From Macrostomum lignano (taxonomy: Eukaryota), in contig NIVC01001982.1 of NCBI GenBank assembly GCA_002269645.1, positions 152,295 through 216,294 of the forward strand: a DNA stretch of 64,000 nt. The letters run 5' to 3'. Within the stretch, counting starts at the first letter, position 1. Each line of letters opens with the position of its first letter. Shown here piece after piece: positions 12,249 to 25,007 of the stretch. The notes under the pieces were generated by a model. It made no database searches, was not told the origin of the DNA, and saw nothing but the letters and a program-made list of their open reading frames with translations. The translations under genes and the position numbers were made by a program.

Positions 12249-13272
12249 TCACTCGTATTCTGTCTGGGGTCGTCCCCCGTTTATATTTGGCTCGCTGATA
12301 CCGACATAGCAAGTGTGGGGATAGCCCAATAACTGATTAAAAACGCCCAATAAGATTCTGTTCATTCGATCTGGAGAGTGTTTTTCTAAGTGTTGCCAGT
12401 CTGTTGGGTTTTGTTTCTTATATTCAGCTACTTTCAAAGGGTCTAACTGCTCGAGTTGACTGAGTACTTGTTCTTCTGTGGAATTTTGCTGCTGTAGTTG
12501 TGGTTGTTGTTGTTGTTGTTTTTGTTGTTGTTGTTCTAGATATTTTATGACTTCCGCCTGATCTGGCAAATCGAACCATTGTTTAAAGTGTTTGTACTTT
12601 TTAATCTAGTCAGGTTGACACCGTTATCATACATAAGTCTCAGGACTTCTGGGGCCTTTAGTATTTCTATATCTCTAGCAAGAGCAAAAGTCACTAGATC
12701 TCTATAGTTCTTTAGCTGTTTGTCCGAGATTCTCTCTTGGTTCTTGGTCATAAAATTCAGTAAGGTTTCTGTGAAAGGAATGCTCTTAGTTTCCGAGCCT
12801 TTGACAACAGAAATATGTTTCTTATTTATGTCGATATAATATTCCACTGGTTCATTGTAAATATTTTTTCTCCACAAATACTTATTCCAAATACATATTT
12901 CCCATCATGTTCTACACGCTCTACTGGTCCAAAAATGTTATCTGTCACTTTTAGTTGTGGTTGTGGTTGTGATTGTTGTTGTTGTGATTGTTGTGGTTGC
13001 GGTTGTGTCTGTGGTTGCGGCTGTATCTGTGGTGCTTCTGGAATTTTGCCCAATGCCTTTTGCACCTGGGTTTCCTGTATGTCGTCGATAGTTTCTTTGA
13101 CCTGATCAATATTTTTCTTAGCTTCTCCATACCCGGGCTTATGAAACTCTGTGGCTGCTTGGACAAACTCATTGTAGGATTGTTGCTCCTTTTTTATTGA
13201 CCCGGTAACTCGTTTCTCTGCTTGTGCTAGCTTCTCCAATTCAGATATCTGCTGTGTACTTTTTCGCTTCAT
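12249..13272 (-). CDS. Virus-associated unassigned ORF (~340 aa, Gln-rich tracts), two frameshifts (~12860, ~12570)
   Basis: Three overlapping ORFs (13272-12826, 12877-12545, 12569-12249) chain into one; DNIFG...DGKYVFG...TETLLNFMTKN...LKNYRDLV loosely recalls a conserved Maverick accessory ORF. Confidence 0.55.
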
Positions 13273-13302
13273 TTCTTATTTTATTTTATTTTTAGTTAAA
13301 AA

Positions 13303-14463
13303 ATGAACGACCCACTGACACCAGTTTTCTACAAAATTAACAAGCCTATTTTAAGTGATGATGGCACAATCAAAGCGACTCAGGTAAGAGTTCCCAGTCA
13401 GGAAAATCAGAATGAAACTAATCTTGATCCTGGTCAAACACTGACATTTACATACAATGGATGTTCGTCTTTGGTTAGTGTGCACACTGCACAGTCTTAA
13501 GAGCGGCTTCCATATGACATTTGAATTCAAGACAAAGGGTGGTGCGGATGCGGCTCGTGCTAACGTTGACAAGCATGATGCGGATGTGGCTCTGATTAGT
13601 AAATTTTGGGCGTACATGTTCGAGGAGTTTAGTGTATCGAATGGGAGCACTGAGTTGGAGCGAATCGCCAACTTTGGAATTGTCTATGACGCTCATTGTT
13701 TGATCGAGAATCCTGATTTTATTCAGTTGGGAAGTGGTGCGGGTTTTATTGCAGATGAAAAAGAAGGAGACATCAATGACAGTGGCTATAAAAATAGGAA
13801 GAAGAGATACAACTATGCATTGCAAGGTGCTGATGATGCTGCTAAGAACCCGCTGTATCGGTCTGTTGATGTATTTGTACCATTGAGATTCATGAGTGGA
13901 TTCTGTAATACATTTAATCGACTGACTAGTAACTTTAGCTACACATTTATACTGACTAGAGATGATCGCCTACATGTGTCGAGATGAGCGAAACGAAACT
14001 AGAACAAACATCTGCATCAAAGAGGGATCATGCAGCAATCCAAGGTATATTATTATTAACATGAGAAACCCAAATAGCATTATACGCTACATGCATGGAG
14101 ACGTGCGGTCCATTCAGCATGAAATCAGTGATAATCTTTACCCTGCACTGCCACAAAATGGAGATTTCAGTCAGAACAAGATTGCAGATGTTTCTCAAAA
14201 TTAGCAAATTTTACAGCGAGTTGGTCGACTTGGCTGTGAAAGAGAACAATGCAATTGCTATCACTGCTCTTCAATATGGAACTCTATATCCGATGTTTGG
14301 CGCTGATGTGTCTGCCAGACAAATGCCTACTGATAACAGCCCTGTGAATATCGTGACTAACATTGAGAGGATTGTCGCAACACCCGTGGACCTGTACATT
14401 ATCTATGCATTTGAGAGGAAGGTGAAGCTTAACATGATCAACAATTCATCCAGTAAAGTTTAA
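13303..14463 (+). CDS. Maverick/adintovirus-type major capsid protein (double jelly-roll), frameshifted, probable internal deletion
   Basis: Segments KPILSDDGTI...LDPGQTLTFTYNG / LERIANFG...FVPLRFMSGFCNTFNRL...FILTRDD / NPRYIIINM...YPALP...DFSQNKIA / YGTLYPMFGADVS...LYIIYAFERKV occur in the order I recall for Polinton MCP; frame changes near 13455, 13980, 14195. Confidence 0.75.
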
Positions 14464-14487
14464 ATATTTTTTTTGTGGGTGAAAAAA

Positions 14488-15379
14488 ATGGAAGCGATTG
14501 CTGAAAGACTAAATAATATTATTTCGCACTCCAAGGAGAGCATTCCTATTACAATAACTGGGCGAATTAATGACTCAAACGGGATATTTGTTCAAAAATT
14601 AGAGCAGGCGATTAGCCTGGATCCAGGTGCTAATTACCATGTCTATCTTAACGACTTCACTGGTTGGTCAAACGTTCCCAATGTGACGGCAGCAAATTTA
14701 TTATAAATTTATAATAATTTATTGTAATCAGTTTTATTACAAATGGAAAGGTGCAGCAGCAGAACCTGTAGTATTCCCTGTGAGCACGCAAACTGTGGAT
14801 ACTTACAATTACTTTCTAGAAAACGTCTTTACTAAAAGAGGCCATTTTGAGACACCTGATCTGATTAAGCCAGAGAAAAAACTGTTCCCTGTCAAACTAG
14901 CCTATGATCTCACTGTAATGAGAGTGGTCATGCAAGTTCACAAAGATGCGGAGGTTGAGTTTAAAGATGACACTTGGTATAGGGAATTGGGATTCGAGAA
15001 GAAAGTTTATAAGGCAGAATCCACGGCGCGGACCGCCACTCAAACGTCGGGGGCCGTTAGCATGGCCCGGGAAAATGTAAGCGGTTTGTTCTTAGCACCC
15101 AATATTGCAGACATTGTAAAGGGTTTGAATATTCTAATCAGAAGCAATCTTAGTCTTGATTGGGTATTTAAGGGAAAGCGAACGAATATTTTGTACAACA
15201 TCTCCAACTCTGTTGCTGGAGGACAGATGGTGGTAGAGAAACCAAATCCAGTGAAAAGAGTTGTATTGAGTAATAAGGAGATTCACGAGATTGTGCTACA
15301 GTTTGAGACTGAAGATGGGGTGGGTGTTGATTTCAACGGTGAAGAGTTTGTATTGACGTTAATCATTGAGAGAATGTAA
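14488..15379 (+). CDS. Maverick/adintovirus-type minor capsid (penton) protein, interrupted by a 28-bp insertion
   Basis: AISLDPGANYHVYLNDFTGWSNVPNV at N-terminus and GQMVVEKPNPVKRVVL...IHEIVLQFETEDG..VDFNGEEFVLTL at C-terminus resemble Polinton penton; directly downstream of the MCP. Confidence 0.7.
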
Positions 15380-15383
15380 GAAA

Positions 15384-15623
15384 TCACAATTGCCTAATGA
15401 TTTCTGCAAAGTTATAGTAGCTGTCGTAATCTTTTACGTAGGTTACTCCATACTTATGAAACCAGTGTCTTTGGAGAGCTAGATTAATATTAGGGACATT
15501 GATATCAACGCCGGGCCAATATTTTCTCATGTACTCGCTGCATTCTAGTTTGCATCGGTACTTACTCTTGTAATTAGGCTCGTGCGCTTTGTAATAAGAA
15601 CCTGGGGAGACAACTGGAAGCAT
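15384..15623 (-). CDS. Small Tyr/Lys-rich unassigned ORF (79 aa)
   Basis: AAAAATG start at 15623; stop 4 bp from the penton stop (tail-to-tail). Confidence 0.45.
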   Translation of the reverse strand: MLPVVSPGSYYKAHEPNYKSKYRCKLECSEYMRKYWPGVDINVPNINLALQRHWFHKYGVTYVKDYDSYYNFAEIIRQL

Positions 15624-15789
15624 TTTTATTGAGAATTTAATTTTTTTCAAAGGGTAAGGACCCTGCGCTGATGATTTAAAGTTTTAGGGATGTGGTAGCA
15701 CGTTGCGGATTGAATGTGGGGAGAAGAATGCAGATTATTTTCTGATTGTTTCGAAGATGCTATGGGTGGATGTCAGTGGATTATGTAGG

Positions 15790-16290
15790 ACACCTGTTAT
15801 GCTCTGATTCTGTCGTGGAGGAAGGAGGATAGGTTAGGATTATGGATGACGTTTTGTGAGCGAGTGCGACACCTGTTATGCTTTGATTCAGGGATAATAT
15901 GGATGGATTTAGGAGGATTATGTTCGAAGTTTTTGGAGCAAGTAGGACACCCGTTATGCTCTGATTCTGTCAGGGACAATATGGATGGATTTAATGGGAT
16001 TATGGAGGACGTTTTGTGAGCCAGTGCGACCCCCTTTTTTTGTGATTCTGTCGGGGATAATATGGATGGATTTAATGGGATTATGTTCGAAGTTTTTGGA
16101 GCAAGTGCGACCTCCCTTTTTTTCTGATTCTGTTGGGGATAATATGGATGGATTTAATGGGATTATGGAGGACGTGAAAAATTTTGTCCCAGAAGCCCCC
16201 TCATGCATTCTACTCATTGGTGTTTTGACCCCCATGTTTTAACATTGGTGTTTTGACCTCCTCATGTTTTAACATTGGTGTTTTGGCCCC
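15790..16290. repeat. Complex tandem array: ~82-bp units alternating two variants, then three 28-30-bp units
   Basis: ATATGGATGGATTT at 15897, 15979, 16060, 16142; CATTGGTGTTTTG at 16215, 16243, 16273. Confidence 0.85.
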
Positions 16291-16469
16291 TAAGTGGAAG
16301 AACTCTCATCATCGGAATTCTGAAGGGGAAGAATTCCCATCAGCTAAAATTCCATCACTTGAATCCCATCTTCCAAATCGTGTCCAAATCATGTACAACG
16401 CCTTTCAACTAACCATATATCTTGTTTTCACTGTTTCCAAAAACTCGCTGGCATTGTCCAGACTCGGAC

Positions 16470-17150
16470 TCTCATGTCTCTGCTCTCATTTCTCATATCT
16501 CATATCTCATATCTCACCCTCTCCTTTCTTATCTCCCATCTTCTTCTCTTTTCTACCATCTCCTGTCTCATCTATTCTCTCTTTTCTCTCCTCTCCATTC
16601 TCTCTTCTCTCATCTCCTTTCTTTTCTCATATTCTACTCTCTCTTCTCTAATCTTGAATCTCTTCTCTCTCTTATTTTCTCACACTTATCTCTTTTCTCA
16701 TTGCATCTCTCATCTCTCCTCTATGCACTCTCAGTCTCATCTTTACCCTCTTCTTTCTCATCACTACTTTCTTCTCTTACCATCTATCATCTCTGATCTT
16801 TCATCTCTCTTCTCTCTCCCATCTCCTATCGCTTCTCTCTCCTATCTCTCACTTCATATCTACTACCTTATTTCTCTCTTCTCCCTCCTACGTCTTTCGT
16901 ATTTACTCTTTCCTCTGTCCGCTCCTCTCGCATCTCTCATCTCTAATCTCTATTCCTTTTCTCTCTCTTCCACTCTCCCTTTGCTTCTATTCCTCTGTAC
17001 GCTCTTATCCCTTTCCTCTCTATCACATCTCATCTCTTTTGTCTCCTCTCTGCTATCTAATATCTCAATTAGAGTGAAAGGAGAAGAAAGGAGAGATGAT
17101 AGAAAAGAGGGAATGAAGTGGGAGCGAGAAGAGAAGAGGAGAGAGGAGAT
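16470..17150. repeat. CT-rich low-complexity tract
   Basis: About 600 bp dominated by C/T, ending in a short GA-rich tail. Confidence 0.9.
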
Positions 17151-17162
17151 CTGAGCCGATGG

Positions 17163-17532
17163 CACAGCCGATGGCAGAAGTGTGTGCAGCACAGTGGTGA
17201 CTATGTGGAGAAGCCTCAGGACAATGTTGATGATTAACTTTTGACTGTTCTTTCCTCAGCTTTCATGTTGCGGACGTTTTGTTGATTCGTTGAATGTTTC
17301 TTTTCGTGCATCAGGTACAAATCTTTGGTCTATGGCAATTTGTAGAATTAGTAGCACAGGGGGTGGGGCAGAAAAGTGCTCATATCTCAAGAATGCCAGC
17401 AGATACAGAAATAAACAGAAATTCATTTTAACGGGCAGATAATTCTCTTTCAACTGAAACAGACTTAATATTTCTGATCGGTCAGAAAAGGCTGTAGTAA
17501 AGAAAGTGCACCAACTTTTGGGACACCCCTCG
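17163..17532 (+). mobile_element. 3' end of a mariner transposon
   Basis: Encodes RWQKCVQHSGDYVEK (mariner transposase C-terminus) and ends AACTTTTGGGACACCCCTCG|TA. Confidence 0.7.
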
Positions 17533-18081
17533 TATCTGCGTATCTAATTTAAAAGTAAACAGGTTTATATTTGCTTTATGTCTGCTGGATTTGTATTATA
17601 GTATTCGTATTGTATTTATCCTTTATACTATACATTTTACTGTATGTATTTATGTTATTTTGCATAATAGTTTTTAATGTAGCTTGTTTTAATGACCAAT
17701 GTTAATTTATGTATAATAAATTGTCAATTAATCACTCGTGTCGTAAGACTTCGCCGCTCTGATTTGGCACTTTCGGATGAGAAATCAAATGAGGCTCCTC
17801 GGCATCAATTTTATTACTGGTGTAGCTTTTAAAAATAGCAACTTTAACAGAAAGTTAACAAAAAACAAAGCAATAAATGTTTCAGGAGTTATAAAAAAGT
17901 GACTTAAAGTCCTAAAAGCGTACACAATGTACTTTCTATTTTAACTTTTATCGATAACTCAAATAATCGCTTTATACCACTTCGTATTTAAACAATTGCA
18001 TTTGGTTTACTTCGTTGTAATTTTTTACTCAGTTCGCTGCTTATCGTTCAAACTAAAACAAGTCTTGTCTGCGTCGCGTCA

Positions 18082-20107
18082 ATGGCGTCGCAAGCAGCTA
18101 GGATCCAAGAAGAGACACAACAGAACCCAGACCAAGTAGAAGCCTGGATTCTGAGCTTTGCTGCCAATGCTCGGATAATGGAGGATATGAATTTCGAAGC
18201 TATAAAAGAACTGATAACTGCCACCATCCGTCCCAAGCGGCGCCTTGATTGACGGTCTGGCTACGGCAGAGCACAGGCGCAGGTTGCTCGAAAGGACTCA
18301 AGGTGCTGAAGTTCTGCTTCTCGACATTCTGCAAAGCTTAGAACAACTCGAGCAAATACAAGAATACATACAGTGTGGCCCCGACACAACCGCAGCAACT
18401 GGAGATAGCCTTCGCCAGACGTCAGTCCAAGTCCAATGCTTCATCAAAGTGCTCATACTGCGGGGGTAGTCACGCAAAAGGAAGCTGCCCTGCTTACGGA
18501 AAGAATTGTGCGAACTGCAACAGGCGCAATTACTTTGCCTCTGTCTGCCAATCAAAGACTGTCCATCAAGAGTCACTTGAACCCCAGGTCAGCGAACAGG
18601 AACCACAGAAGGCTTCAAGCGACGCCCACAGTGGAGCATCAAACAGATTCGTTGAATCCAAGGGCTGGTGACAGGGGCCTTTTCCAGTCAGTTCGCATCA
18701 ACGGTCGGCCGCTCCGGATGCAGCTTGACACAGGTGCAGAGATAAGTCTCATCCCCAGCAACCACTGGGAGCTGCTCGGCCGTCCCCCGCTCCGCAAGAC
18801 CAGACGAATTCTGCGCCAGTTCGATGGGTCCATCATAACATGTCTAGGTGAATTCACAGCCACATGGGAGACACAGTCGCAGTTTCGCACTTTAGACTTG
18901 GTTGTCACTGCCGCTCAAAAGTCCCACGGACTCTTGGGAATGGACAGTCTCAGCTTCGACCAGAACCCGTCCATCACGACACTATCAGCTTCGATCGCTG
19001 CTGTGGAGCAACATCCGCACCTACGAGGATTCGACGCCAAGATCAAGCTGGTGGAGGGAGCCAGGCCTTTCTATTGTGCTGCTCGATCCGTGCCAATTCA
19101 CCTTCAAGACAGCGTAAATGCTGAGCTAAGAGGGTGGAAGCCGAGGGGACCATCGAACCTGTTCCCCCCCCGGTGGGAGCGAGTGGGCTTCCCCCATTGT
19201 GTGCGTCATGAAACCTAACTGGCGAGTTCGAATCTGTGCCGATTTTAAAGCCGGCGTCAATCATCAAATCTGCGATGGCAGTTGAAACCATCCTCGCTGA
19301 CATCGCCGGTATGTCCTACATGTATTTCGCCACTCTTGATCTGTCCGACGCTTATTTGCAAATAAGATTGGAAGAGTGGAGCAGAACGGTTACTACGGTG
19401 GCCACGCCATTGGGCCTGTTCAGATACAACCGGCTTGTTCCTGGTCTCAAATCGGCCTCTGCTATTTTTCAAAAGGCCATGGAATCGACGCTGTCCGAGG
19501 TAAAAGGAAAGGTTGTCTACCAAGGTGACATCCTGCTCGGTGGACGCTCACGAGCAGAACTGGACGCCAAGGTCAATCGGAACGCTGACGTCCGCCGGGA
19601 TGACCGTCAACTTGGATAAGTCCAACCTGGGCGCCGCGGAGGTGAGCTTCCTGGGCTACAAGATCAGCGCTGCAGGCGTCTCTCCCGATTCAACGTTGGT
19701 TGAGAGAATCCAGGCAATCAGTGCGCCCAAGGACCGTCGCCAATTGGAGTCCTTCCTAGGCTTTTGAAACTTTTCGGGAGATTCGTGAAGAACTATTCCA
19801 GCATCTTTGAGCCGTTGAATCAGTTAAAAGGTAGAAGCACTGAATTTAACTGGGGTGCAGATCAGGATCGGGCGTTTCACCATCTGAAGGAACTCTTAGC
19901 CAGCAGACCCATTATCCGTCCTTAAGATCGAAAAAAGGAAACAACGCTGACCACGGATGCCAGTGAGCGTGCTATCGCTGCGGTTCTCACCCAAGATGGA
20001 CATCCTGTGATGTACTTCAGCAGGAGATTAAGTGAGGCTGAGTCTAGAGCGAGAGGCTCTTGCGGTTGTCTGGGCGATGGAACGAGCCCGCCAATTTCTG
20101 CTGGGAA
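18082..20107 (+). pseudogene. Gypsy A gag-protease-RT-RNase H
   Basis: Motifs as above, with several frameshifts and stops. Confidence 0.85.
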
Positions 20108-20109
20108 CC

Positions 20110-20995
<886 letters not shown>

Positions 20996-21168
20996 CCCCG
21001 CCCCCCAAAAAAAGAAACAAAACGATTGACAGATAAACGCGTAGTACCATAATCACCCGCCACCACAAAAGATAATGCTGTTGAACAAAAAACATGACGC
21101 TAGGCATGGCCCCAAAAATCGAATGATGAGACAATAAATTACAAAAAGGGTGATGCAAAGTCTGTCAC

Positions 21169-21820
21169 TCAAAGACTAACGCTGACAAGGGCCAAAAAAT
21201 GACGCAAACTCTGAACGGTCACTTCAGGCAGGGTCCACTCGCCTCCCCCGGTGGTGTCCGAGCACAAACTGTCGTCCGCAGCGGCGGCCCTGTCCCCGGG
21301 CCGGGTCCAGCGTGGGCGTCCGCACCGGCCTCGGGTCCGTCCTCGCTCCGCTCCGGAACCGACCACCGCCTCGTCCCAATCACCTCGGTTACCCCCCTTC
21401 CCTAACGACCCGTAACAGCACCACTTTCCGGGAACGCGAGCCACCACAACTGACAACCCTCAAGGGCACCTGCCTGCCACCCCGCCAGCACACCCCACGC
21501 TCACACCCTACTAGCACTCGCACGCCACCACTCGAGCACACCAGCGCAGCAGCCTCCTCACGTGACCCGGCTTGCAGCAGATCGTACTGCTCAACCACCG
21601 CGTTCACCATTCTCACCGCCTTTCTCAAACGCTCCACCTTCCAACCCCGTTGTCGACCGCGGCCCTTTGACCACGTTACCGACAGATCACGCCGCAATAA
21701 CTTCAGCACCTGAACTAGCGCGGCCGTGACGTATCTTCGGGGCTCTTCCCCTCGCGCTACGAACATCTCCCACGGATGCCTCACCGCCTGCCAAATCTCC
21801 GCCTCACTCCGCCACGGTTC
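21169..21820 (-). pseudogene. Extra ORF between pol and the 3' LTR of element B
   Basis: ORFs 21784-21389 and 21456-21169 join by removing one G from a G6 run near 21395; stops further upstream. Confidence 0.45.
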
Positions 21821-22169
21821 TAACTACGCCTTCGCCAGCCTCAGTCACGCCACTTCTACAGTCTGATCGAGCTCTCACCACGAGCACCGCCACCGTACGT
21901 TCACCGCCATCACTTCATCACCATTGCCTCAGACTCATCGACCCACTCTGTCTTCTACCATCTAACTTATTGTTGCGTAGCCACCAGTGCATCGCTTACG
22001 AATTCGACTAGTACTTTGACCTATCTCTGTTGACAATAACAAACGTTACAATAAAAAAAGTCTGCGGCCATTGCCCGCATCGGTCGCCTTTATTGCCAAG
22101 TGCTACCGCTACGAAATTGCCTCTGCCGTATTTGTCTTCGTGATTATTTTCGAGGCCGCCACTTTATCG

Positions 22170-23320
22170 TCACAGTGGCCTGCATGTGCCAGCTGGAGCA
22201 CCGTCCGACGTAAGCTGCTCGGGATCACGATCAACGAGCTCCGTAGTAGCACGCCGTCATGTTCTGAAAGCTCCTGCTGCAGGCAGGACAAGGACTGAAG
22301 TTCTCTGTTCTGCTTGTCCCATTGACCAGTTCGTAGAGCTGATAGAGCTGCTTGGATTGTGCCGTCTGACTTTGAAGCGTCCTGAATCGTTGCAAAGTTC
22401 AGTCCTTTCGGAGTAGAGCTGATGGCGACTGCGTTGATGAAGCGTCTGTCCAGGAGTTCCCCGGGGTTGTCCTTTGTCTGCATTTCAGGTTGTCTACTGA
22501 GGACATCCGCTGGATTCTGTGGCCCCGGCTGGTACATGGTAGATAAGCTTGAATTTGCGGTGGTGCTGCACTCTTAAAGCCACCCGTTCAATCCTTGGTG
22601 GAGGCCTGGAACCAGGTTGAAAAAGCGAGACTAATGGGCGGTGATCAGTGATGACTGTGAGATCTGGGCAGCCGCTGAGGTAGTGCTCGAAACGTAGGCA
22701 CCCGAATTTCACCGCAAGCGCCTCGCGTTCAATTTGGGCGTATCGCTGCTCAACTGGCGTGAGCGACCTGCTGGCGAAGGCGACCGGTTTGCGAACGCCT
22801 TTTCCGTCCACCTGGCTGAGAATGGCTCCCAGACCGACTGGCGAGGCGTCCACGTGAACTTCTGTTGGGAGATTCACGTCAAAGAAGGCCAGGACGCTCT
22901 CCTTGCAGATCGCTGCTCTTGTTTGCAGGAATGCTTCTTGTTGCCTTTCTGACCAGCACCATTTATGACCCTTTTTTAGCAGTTCTCGCATTGGCTGCGT
23001 CAGATCTGAGAAGTTCGGAACGAACCTGGACAGGTAGGAGGCCAAACCGAGGAATGAGCGCAGCTCTGACACATTTGTTGGCTCCTTAAAGTCTTCGAGG
23101 GCCTTGATCTTCTTGGCTGCAGGCTGGACGCCTCGTGCGCTGATGCACATACCAAGAAAATCGATGAAAGGCTGCGCCAGACGACACTTGTTCGGGTTCA
23201 AGTGTGATTCCATGGTCTTATAGGCGCTTGAAGCACTGTTTTAGTCGGATGTTGTGCTCTTCCATCGTGCTCGCAAAGACGGTGATGTCATCGTGTGCCC
23301 ATCGGACACCGTCAAGACCG
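22170..23320 (-). pseudogene. Gypsy B RT C-terminus, RNase H and start of the integrase zinc-binding domain
   Basis: WAHDD..., NPNKC...FIDFLG, VHVDASPVGLGAIL, QIEREALAV, TDHRPL, LAHAGH. Confidence 0.9.
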
Positions 23321-24722
23321 CGAGGCAATTACAGCGCCTATCCGAAACCAGCGAGGAGGACGCACGCATCGTGCACTGGACAGGCGGAGCTGTCCTTCCC
23401 TGGCGCGAACTGGCCGATGAAACCTTAAAAGAGCGCCTACTGGTTGAAATTGCGACCCGCATCGTGAAAAACTGCTGGTCCCAACTGCTCTCCGGCTGAA
23501 CGCCCATTCAAAGCTATTCGTCATGCTCTCGCTACCAACGAAGGCGTGATCTGTTATGGGGACCGGACAGTCATCCCAACCTCACTACGGAGGCGAGTAC
23601 TCGCGCTGGTGCACAACGACACTCATCAGGGCGCAAATTCAACCCGGTCCCAGTTTCGCAACTCGGCATGGTGGCCAGGCTACTGTGGTGACGTGGAGTC
23701 GTTTGCCCGTGCCTGTTCAACATGCGCCAGGCTGCATCCGAGAGGTCACAGCACCGTGCACCGCTGGCCACAATTGAGAACGGTCCATGGTGCCGCGTTC
23801 ATATGGATCACGCACACGTGCCAGGAGTCGGTCTCATCCTGATTCTCGTGGACGCCATGTCGGGCTGGCCAGAAGCCGTGCGAGTTCCAGATAGAATCGC
23901 AGCAACCGTTGAGCGCGTGCTCCAGGACGTTTTCTCTCGCAACGGAGTCCCAGACGTGCTGGTAAGCGGCAACGCGGCAGAATTCCATGATGCTGAACTG
24001 ACCGGCTGGCTCGAAAGAATCGGTTGCTGCCCTATCAAGACCCCGCCACTGCATCCTCAGTCGAACGGCATCGCGGAACGAATGGTTCAATCTATCAAGA
24101 AGGCCTCTCTAGGCTATGGGATCATCGGGAAACGTACAAGAGCTTCCTGGCCAGGCTTCTACTAAACTACCGCTGCATCCCGCATGCAAGACGTCCGCAC
24201 AGCCCATCGGAGCTGATGGGTCGGCAGCTGCGAAATCCCATTACCATGCGCACGCCGACCGGATCGGGCATCTGGTACGTCCCCGCCGCCGGACTGCCCC
24301 CTGAAAAGGCGGAGTTTCTTCTGCAGAAGGGCTCGAATACCGCCCTCATTCAACGAGGATCCGGGCGTCTCACATTGGCGCATCAGGATCATATCCAACC
24401 GTTGATCAATCCCGAAGCGAGTCAATCGAGCACAAAAGAGGCAGAGAACAACGCTGCTGCTCCGTTACCAAGACATGACGGGGACGCTGTTGCTGGCCTG
24501 ATCGGCGGCTCTGCTGAGCGGCACAGCGCGGACGGTGACGATGACGCGCACACTGAACAGGCAGCGGAGACGGCGCCGGATGTTGCGCTCGACCTGGCGT
24601 CGAACGCTGAACTCGACGCGACGCCGGAGCCACATCCGACTCACCCTGGTGGCATGTTAGGATGCTACCCCTCGCGCTCGAATAAGGGAGTGCCCCCTCT
24701 ACGATTCGGAGGGGGAAGATGA
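23320..24722 (+). pseudogene. Gypsy A integrase
   Basis: HNDTHQG...WWPG...CSTC zinc finger; PWCRVHMDHA, VDAMSGWPEA, PDVLVSGN, HPQSNGIAERMV core. Confidence 0.9.
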
Positions 24723-25007
24723 CGTGTTGGGAGGTTGTCACTGACTATTGACTGGCTAGCTATAAAACTGACTCACTTTGTGCCCTGCTCACCATGCCAA
24801 GCGTGCACCCCACCCATGCGTACATCAATGCGTACATAGCGTACTTTCTACTCTAAATTTTATTAATAACTCAAATATCGTTTTCTGCCACTTCGTATTT
24901 AAATAACGATATCCTTCTTTTCTTCGTAGTAAATTTATTACTCAGCAAATATATCAGTTCGCTGCATTATTGTTCAAACTAAAACAAGTCTTGTCTGCGT
25001 CGCTTCA
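24720..25007 (+). repeat. 3' LTR of Gypsy A (288 bp, TG...CA)
   Basis: Follows GGAGGGGGAAGA tract; 3' part matches 17917-18081. Confidence 0.8.

Larger units (their letters stand above)
12249..15623. mobile_element. Endogenous Maverick/Polinton (adintovirus)-like structural gene module
   Basis: Four closely packed, apparently intronless ORFs including capsid-like MCP and penton; spacers of 30, 24 and 4 bp; no TIR or replication genes seen. Confidence 0.7.

Noticed and set aside
11830-16300. Terminal inverted repeats around the capsid module
   Set aside because: No inverted match found by eye between left and right flanks.
16253-17192. Leu/Ser-rich pseudo-membrane ORFs
   Set aside because: Artefact of the CT-rich tract.
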